In this document: positions 58,281-64,000 of the stretch, piece after piece
How the letters are laid out: every line of letters begins with the position of its first letter
Numbering within the stretch: the stretch's first letter is position 1
Assembly: GCA_046583365.1 (NCBI GenBank)
Contig: JAYGCL010000038.1
Location: 9,720 to 73,719, forward strand
From: Deltaproteobacteria bacterium
GTDB lineage: Bacteria > Desulfobacterota > Binatia > UBA1149 > CAYXZP01
Direction of reading: 5' to 3'
Length of the DNA: 64,000 nt
Translations under genes and position numbers: made by a program
Notes under the pieces: generated by a model
Databases searched by the model: none
The model's input: the letters and a program-made list of their open reading frames with translations, nothing else
What the model was told of the DNA's origin: nothing

Positions 58281-60685
58281 TTCAGGGGTTGCCCGCTTTC
58301 GTCGTCAATGGAGAGGCTGAGGTTTCTGAGCTTTAAGAAGGGTAGAAAGTTTGGCACTACGCTGAGCCGCAGCGTGTCTATGGTCTGGTGGGGCAGGGCC
58401 AGCGTGAACTTTTGCCGGGAATGCAGTCTGCGGGTGGTGGAAAGACGCCAGCGTTGTTTGCCGTTTTTACTGCCGACTGCCGTTATGCTCAGCTCCTCGA
58501 CCGCGTTGCCGAGCAAGGGGCGCAGGCTTAACTCGGTGGCAGTGAAATAACCGTCGCCCACGATCTTACGGGTTCTTATGGTGCACAGCATGTTGCCGAA
58601 ACGAGCCGACCAGGGGCCCGGGCGGGGCCAGTGTAAAAAGGGCGAATCTTCGTCCAGGGGCGGCGTGCACTCGGCCCTCAGGGGTGAGGTGGGGTCGAAG
58701 AGCATGGAGCCCAGGTCCACCGTTTTGCTCTGTGCCCCTGGGACTTGGGCCGTGGCAACCCCCATGTCCTTTGCCGCGGCGGCCGGAGAGAAACTACACA
58801 GTTCAAAGCCGGCAATTTTGTATATCTGTCGTCCGCAATAACGCGAGGCCGCCGTACCGGGTTCGAAAAGTACGTGGGTGGGTTGGGGCACTCCGCCAAC
58901 AGGGGTCCAGGTGCCGGCAAGAATAGACGCGCGTGCACGTAATCGGTTTTCACCCTCGCTGCGAGAGCCGGAAAAAACAATGGTGCCGCGGTCGGAAAGT
59001 GCCAGCACCCGCTTGCCGGCCACTGCCGGTATACGCTCGCTTATTTCGGGAGCCGCCGCCACCACGGCGTCAACGGGCAGCGCGGCCACCCTCTTCATGG
59101 TTGCGCGAAAGGCTCCGGGGCCCGGCAGAGCGAGGTCGTCACGTTCGGGGCTGAAACGTCCGCCAATGGCTTTGACCGACCAGGGCATGGCCAGGCTGAC
59201 GATCACAAGTACAGCGATCCAGCGGTTGGAGCGCGTCATGCCCCCTACCCAGTCGATGGCCAGGGCCAGTAGCAGGGTAAAGGGTATTGCCCAGAGCAAG
59301 CGGTAGACCATCCAGGGAAAGATAAAGCGCCCGGCCAGCACGGCCAGGGGAGGTATGAAGGCGATGGCCAGCGGAACCAGGGTGGCGGGGAGCAGAAACA
59401 TTCGTTCGGTGGGCCTTCGTCGCCACACCAGGGGCAGCGAGACCAGGGCTAGAATCATCAGCGGGTGGAGCAGGAGACGGGGCTTTACCATGTAGGTACC
59501 GTCTGCAAACTCCACCAGGCGGCCGCGGGACCAGTGCACACGCACCACCGGGTGGTCGCGGTTGGCCAGCGATGCGCCGTCATTCTCAAGCTGGGAGTGT
59601 GCGCCCAACCCCGTCCACGCGGGATAGATGGCGCCGGCCATTATTACCGCAAGGGCCAGGCCGGCCACAGAGCGTTTGCTGCGTTCGCTCCAGACCATCA
59701 GCAAAGCAAAAGGCAGCAACGTGACCAGGGCGATCGCGTATATGAGGGCGTGGGTGGTGGCCAGTACGGCCGCGGCCAGGGCCAGTACTATGAGCCAGCG
59801 CCGCCAGCCCCCCGCGAGCCGTGAGACGAAGGCTGCGGTGACCACCGGCAGTACTATCATTACGGCAAACAGCTTGTCTTCGGGCAGCCTGGTCACGACC
59901 GGGAAGAGACTGCCGCCGGTCCACAGCAGTCCGCCGGCCAGGGCCGCGAGCCAGGGCAGACGGCCGGGGCCGAACACCGAACGGGCCAGGAGTATAAGAG
60001 CGGAGAAGGCCACCGGCACCAGCCCCGGTGCCGAGGCCCGTTCGTAAAGCCAGATGGGGCTGACCGCGGCCCGGTCGGCCCACACGGCCATCATCATCAG
60101 CCAGGAGTTGAAGGCGAAACGGGGTGGGCTGTGGCCGCTGCCCAAAAAGGGCTCGGCCAGGGAGACCACCGGGCTCTGCATGTAGGAGCGGATGTAGGCC
60201 AGGTACCACCAGCGGTCTACGCTGCCGGTGGGAGTAAGGGCCCAGGCCGCACCGGCGATGAGGATGGCAAGCAGCACGACCAGGGTCACCACCAGAGTGC
60301 CCGCGCGGGCCTCGGTGGGACCCAGGCGTTCGTCGCTGCGGCGTCGGAACAAGGCGGCAGCGGTGGCCAATACCAGGATGGTCGTAATGTAGGCCGGGAC
60401 GAAGGCGCCCAGCGGCAGGCCCAGCGCCGCGGGTAAGGCCAGGGCGGGGATCAGAACGGCAATCGAGCTGACGAAGTCTATGCTCAGGCGTTCGCTGGGC
60501 GGGCGGCCTGAGCCCGTGCCGGTGGCCATAGAGACAAGGCGGCCGGGAACCAGGAACAGGCCCAGGCTCACCAGGCCTGCCCTCACGTAGGGGTTCCACA
60601 GTACCGTAGTCAGCAGGCCGGGGATGGTGATGGCCAGTATCCCCGCCATGGCTGTGGCCATGATCATCCAGCGTCTCAGAGTCAT
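58277..60685 (-). CDS. large polytopic membrane protein, GT-C-like glycosyltransferase fold (paralog B)
   Basis: 802 aa; same architecture and shared blocks (DRWWYLAYI...PRFAFNSWL, FPWMVYRLLWAIPF, SDRGTIVFS, LRLSVVPNFLPFLKLRNL); 4-nt overlap with paralog A. Confidence 0.5.
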   Translation of the reverse strand: MTLRRWMIMATAMAGILAITIPGLLTTVLWNPYVRAGLVSLGLFLVPGRLVSMATGTGSGRPPSERLSIDFVSSIAVLIPALALPAALGLPLGAFVPAYITTILVLATAAALFRRRSDERLGPTEARAGTLVVTLVVLLAILIAGAAWALTPTGSVDRWWYLAYIRSYMQSPVVSLAEPFLGSGHSPPRFAFNSWLMMMAVWADRAAVSPIWLYERASAPGLVPVAFSALILLARSVFGPGRLPWLAALAGGLLWTGGSLFPVVTRLPEDKLFAVMIVLPVVTAAFVSRLAGGWRRWLIVLALAAAVLATTHALIYAIALVTLLPFALLMVWSERSKRSVAGLALAVIMAGAIYPAWTGLGAHSQLENDGASLANRDHPVVRVHWSRGRLVEFADGTYMVKPRLLLHPLMILALVSLPLVWRRRPTERMFLLPATLVPLAIAFIPPLAVLAGRFIFPWMVYRLLWAIPFTLLLALAIDWVGGMTRSNRWIAVLVIVSLAMPWSVKAIGGRFSPERDDLALPGPGAFRATMKRVAALPVDAVVAAAPEISERIPAVAGKRVLALSDRGTIVFSGSRSEGENRLRARASILAGTWTPVGGVPQPTHVLFEPGTAASRYCGRQIYKIAGFELCSFSPAAAAKDMGVATAQVPGAQSKTVDLGSMLFDPTSPLRAECTPPLDEDSPFLHWPRPGPWSARFGNMLCTIRTRKIVGDGYFTATELSLRPLLGNAVEELSITAVGSKNGKQRWRLSTTRRLHSRQKFTLALPHQTIDTLRLSVVPNFLPFLKLRNLSLSIDDESGQPLK

Positions 60686-60755
60686 GTCTGGATTTTAGGG
60701 AAGCTTTGGTCGCAGGGCCAGCCTTGGCCGCAGGGCCGGCCTCGGCAGCAACCTG

Positions 60756-61760
60756 CTAGGCGGCAGGTGCCATCAACTGCATGTACATCTGGCAAAGTTC
60801 CGGTCCCATGTCGGTAGGCATGTTGAGGATGGGCATCTGCACACCGGCCTCCCGCCACTCGGACAGGCGCGAGCGGCAGAACTCCGGGTCGCCGGCGATC
60901 ACCAGGGCCTCGAGCATCTGCTCGGACACGGCCGCGGCCGCCTCGGACCTCTTGTTTTCGGCGTAAAGATTTTTGACCAGGTCGGCATTCTCCGCGAAGC
61001 CCAGGCGTGAGAGCAGGGCGTGGTAGTAGTCGCCCATCCCGCCGATATAAAAGGAGATGATCTTACGTGCCGTGTCGTAACCGGCCTGACGGTCGGCCAT
61101 GGGTATGGCGGTGGTAAAGGGCGCAGTTACGATCTCCGCTGGGTCACGGCCCGAGATGGCGGCACCTTCGGCAAGTAGTTTGCGGCCCTCATCCAGACGT
61201 TGGTAAGGCCAGAAGGTTGGCATCCAGCCGTCGGCCAGTTCACCGGTCATTCTGATGGCCTTCTCGTTGAGACAAGCACAGTAGATCGGAATACGTTGGC
61301 GTACGGGGGTCATTGCGAGTTTGAAATGGCGGAACTCCCACAGGTCGGCACCGGCATCGCTCAGGCGCTTTCCGGCGATGAGGGCTTGTACGACCTGGAT
61401 ATACTGGCGCAGGCGGGTGAGCGGCTTTTTGTAATCGACGCCGTGAAACCCTTCGACCACGCGTACGCCCGAGGTGCCCAGGCCGAGTACGAAGCGACCT
61501 TCAGACACCTCATCGAGGGTGGCCGCCTGCATTGCCATGAGTCCGGGGGAGCGGGAGAATACGTTTACTATGCCCGTACACAGACGGATGTTTTTTGTGT
61601 TGACGGCTATCTCGGTGAGCAGGCTGAAGGCCTCGTAGCCCCAGGCTTCGGGTATCCACAAGGAGTCGTAGCCCAGTTCATCGGCCATGCTGGCGTAGCG
61701 CAACACGTTTTTGCGATCGTAGTTCTTCCAGAAAACGACGAGCCCGGTTTTCTCTCCCAC
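60756..61760 (-). CDS. LLM-class (luciferase-like) flavin/F420-dependent oxidoreductase
   Basis: TIM-barrel LLM blocks (YDSLWIPE, RLCTGIVNV, LGLGTSG). Confidence 0.75.
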   Translation of the reverse strand: MGEKTGLVVFWKNYDRKNVLRYASMADELGYDSLWIPEAWGYEAFSLLTEIAVNTKNIRLCTGIVNVFSRSPGLMAMQAATLDEVSEGRFVLGLGTSGVRVVEGFHGVDYKKPLTRLRQYIQVVQALIAGKRLSDAGADLWEFRHFKLAMTPVRQRIPIYCACLNEKAIRMTGELADGWMPTFWPYQRLDEGRKLLAEGAAISGRDPAEIVTAPFTTAIPMADRQAGYDTARKIISFYIGGMGDYYHALLSRLGFAENADLVKNLYAENKRSEAAAAVSEQMLEALVIAGDPEFCRSRLSEWREAGVQMPILNMPTDMGPELCQMYMQLMAPAA

Positions 61761-61880
61761 TGTAGCTTCCTCCGGCCTTTAAGGCGGCGGTCATCTACAG
61801 GGAGAGACCGGTCCTGAGTCAACCCACCGCCCGAAAAATGAGACTGGACTTGGCTGCGGCCAGCGTCCACTATCATCGTG

Positions 61881-63020
61881 ATGAAGCACAACGACGCCGA
61901 CCTCAACGACCGTACTACCATTAACCCGGCCTTCAACGCCGTGGCCCGGGATGAATTCTCGGCCATGGTCGAGGTCGAGCGTTATCTGGACCGCTCCGAC
62001 TGCTTTGAAACCATAATCGCCCGTACCAACGAGCATTTCTGGAACCCCGAGGACGCCGACTACATAGACTACGACGCCCCGGCCCCTACCGACGAGCCGC
62101 TGATGTCGTTTTCCCAGATCCCCGAGCGCCACTCGGCCATCTGGGACACGCTAGATGAGGGACAGCAGGTTAACTTTGCCAACGAGTCTTTGCGTATGCG
62201 CATAAGCGGTATCCTTCACGGTGAGCAGGGGGCCTTCAGCCTGTCCACCGGTCTTGCCGACATGATGGTGGACCCCGGCGCCCAGGAGTACGCGGCCAAC
62301 CAGGCCCGCGAAGAAGCCCGCCACGTGCACGCCTTCGCCCTTTATATGAAGAGCCGTTTCGGCGGTGATATAGTGCCGCCCACTGCGACCTTGGACCGTG
62401 TGCTCAAGGTGTTGGTGGGGAGCAACGTCATTTACGAAAAAATCATCGGCATGCAGATGGTCATCGAGGGCATCGCCATGGGCCTGTTTGCTTCCATGTA
62501 CCAGGAGGCAAACGACCCGGTGTTGAGGAGGCTCAGCCAACTGGTGATGACAGACGAGGCCTTCCACCACCGCTTCGGACGTATATGGGCGGAAGAAAAC
62601 GTGCCGGGCTTAGATGAGGAGATTCGCAACCAGCTGGAAGACTACGCCCAGGGCATGTTCCATGACCTGCTGATGAATCTCGTGGGTGCCGACCAGAAGG
62701 TGGATTTGTACCGTCGCTGCAACATCGACCCGGACTTTGCCATAGCCGCAATGGCCGAGGTCATGACCGACGACACACGTCGCAAATTCATGCGCGAAAG
62801 CAGCAACATCTTCCGTACACTGATAAAAACCCTCTACCTGGGCGGTCTTATCACCGACCGCACCCGTCCCTACTACGATGGCTGGATTGACATGGGTGAG
62901 ATCGCCGGCGAGAGCAGGTGGACCATCGGGGATGAGATTGCCGAAGGTGGGATCGCCAGTCTTAAAGAGATCAACGCTTCCAAGCGTAACGTCATCAAGA
63001 AACTCAGCGCCCAGGCCTGA
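61881..63020 (+). CDS. ferritin-like diiron-carboxylate oxygenase (AurF/R2-like family candidate)
   Basis: E...ExxH...E...ExxH ligand pattern (GEQGAF, EEARHVHAF, VIEGIAM, TDEAFHHRF) in a ~380-aa soluble protein; start set to ATG 61881. Confidence 0.5.
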   Translation: MKHNDADLNDRTTINPAFNAVARDEFSAMVEVERYLDRSDCFETIIARTNEHFWNPEDADYIDYDAPAPTDEPLMSFSQIPERHSAIWDTLDEGQQVNFANESLRMRISGILHGEQGAFSLSTGLADMMVDPGAQEYAANQAREEARHVHAFALYMKSRFGGDIVPPTATLDRVLKVLVGSNVIYEKIIGMQMVIEGIAMGLFASMYQEANDPVLRRLSQLVMTDEAFHHRFGRIWAEENVPGLDEEIRNQLEDYAQGMFHDLLMNLVGADQKVDLYRRCNIDPDFAIAAMAEVMTDDTRRKFMRESSNIFRTLIKTLYLGGLITDRTRPYYDGWIDMGEIAGESRWTIGDEIAEGGIASLKEINASKRNVIKKLSAQA

Positions 63021-63024
63021 AAAT

Positions 63025-63852
63025 TCAGTTGCCCTTAAAGTCGGGCTTGCGTTTTTCGGCAAACGCGGTGACCGCTTCTATCAGATCGTTGCTTTGCAGG
63101 AACGAAGAGTTCCACTGGGCCACCTGTTCGAGACCTTCTTCGGTGCTGTGCTCGTCGGCGTAATTTAAAACAGTTTTGGTGCCCTGTACGGCCAACGGAG
63201 AGTTGGCCGCGATTTCAGCAGCACTGCTACGCACGCCCTCAAGCATCTCATCCTTACCGGCGTAAACGGTGTTCACCAGTCCGCATCTCAGTGCGCGTTC
63301 GGCGTCTATGAACGCTCCGGTCAGCGCCATCTCGCGGGCCATCCCCTTGCCTACAATCGGGGTTATTCTCTGCAGAGTGCCGACGTCGGCGACAATTGCG
63401 ATCCTGGTCTCGTAGATGGCAAAGCTGGCATCGGTCGTACACACGCGGAAGTCGCAAGCGGTTATAAGGTCGACTCCGCCACCGATGCATTTGTTGTGGA
63501 TGGCCGCAATTACCGGCTTGCGGCAATTCTGTATTGCACTGAAGCAGTCCTGGTAGTCTTTGACGGTCTTGTAGATTCCCATATTGGTGGCCGCCTGACT
63601 ACGGGCCTCTCCGTTGCCGGGTACCAGCAGGCCGCCGGATTTTTTGAGATCCAGACCGGCCGTGAACATGCGGCCCTCGCCCCACAGAACAACCGCATTG
63701 ATCGAACCGTCGCCGTCAATTTCGTTAAAGGCGTCACGGATTTCACCAAAAAACGATGGTGCCATGAGGTTGAGGTTGTCGGCATTATCCAGGACCACTT
63801 CGGCCACGGGACCATTTATGTCGATGCGAATTGCCTGATAGCTGTTGCTCAT
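63025..63852 (-). CDS. enoyl-CoA hydratase/isomerase (crotonase) family protein
   Basis: VVLDNADNLNLM, TAGLDLK, GGG oxyanion blocks; ATG 63852 preceded by GGAGA SD. Confidence 0.8.
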   Translation of the reverse strand: MSNSYQAIRIDINGPVAEVVLDNADNLNLMAPSFFGEIRDAFNEIDGDGSINAVVLWGEGRMFTAGLDLKKSGGLLVPGNGEARSQAATNMGIYKTVKDYQDCFSAIQNCRKPVIAAIHNKCIGGGVDLITACDFRVCTTDASFAIYETRIAIVADVGTLQRITPIVGKGMAREMALTGAFIDAERALRCGLVNTVYAGKDEMLEGVRSSAAEIAANSPLAVQGTKTVLNYADEHSTEEGLEQVAQWNSSFLQSNDLIEAVTAFAEKRKPDFKGN

Positions 63853-63924
63853 ACTGTCTCCATGTCGGCCGGCCCTTTGCTTCACGACGCGGGCAGATCT
63901 TATTATCCCAGCCCATGGGTAGCA

Positions 63925-64000
63925 ACAGCACGGGCATGGGCAAGGCGGCGGCAGGCATTGATTGGGCTGAGGTGACCGAAGAGGCCACCGAACTCCTGCG
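63925..64000 (+). CDS. hypothetical protein, 5' fragment (runs off window end)
   Basis: ATG at 63925 opens a frame (MGSNSTGMGKAAAGIDWAEVTEEATELL...) with no stop before the window end; too short to classify. Confidence 0.2.

Overview
High-GC (about 65-70%), gene-dense chromosomal segment with long co-directional runs and many 4-nt start/stop overlaps. Most genes are housekeeping: MEP isoprenoid genes dxr and ispG, folate pabB-pabC, rpoD, proS, pyrF, Moco genes (moeA x2, moaA), metG-holB-tmk, rmlA/rmlC, aroE, ppdK, glyQS, recO, grpE-dnaK-dnaJ, thiL and fumC. Accessory content sits between them. (1) A Fur regulator with a Fur box in front of a diheme cytochrome c/FTR1-fusion iron permease. (2) An ExeA(GspA)/GspB secretin-assembly pair, a prepilin peptidase and a pseudopilin fragment, all far apart. 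(3) A tandem acyl-CoA dehydrogenase pair plus two crotonases. (4) A thioredoxin-fold ORF interrupted by a single in-frame TGA at the active-site position of a deiodinase-like motif, a candidate selenoprotein, wedged between dnaJ and thiL. (5) An iron/heme operon: MbfA-like ferritin-VIT1 exporter, IsdG-like monooxygenase, moaA and a LolA-like protein, next to fumC and a ferritin-like protein. (6) Two tandem paralogous ~800-aa GT-C-like membrane proteins with an LLM oxidoreductase and a divergent diiron oxygenase. I recognised no rRNA, tRNA, CRISPR array, IS or prophage content. Gene starts were adjusted by eye where the ORF track over-extends (it uses ATG/GTG/TTG); all family calls rest on by-eye motif recognition, not searches.
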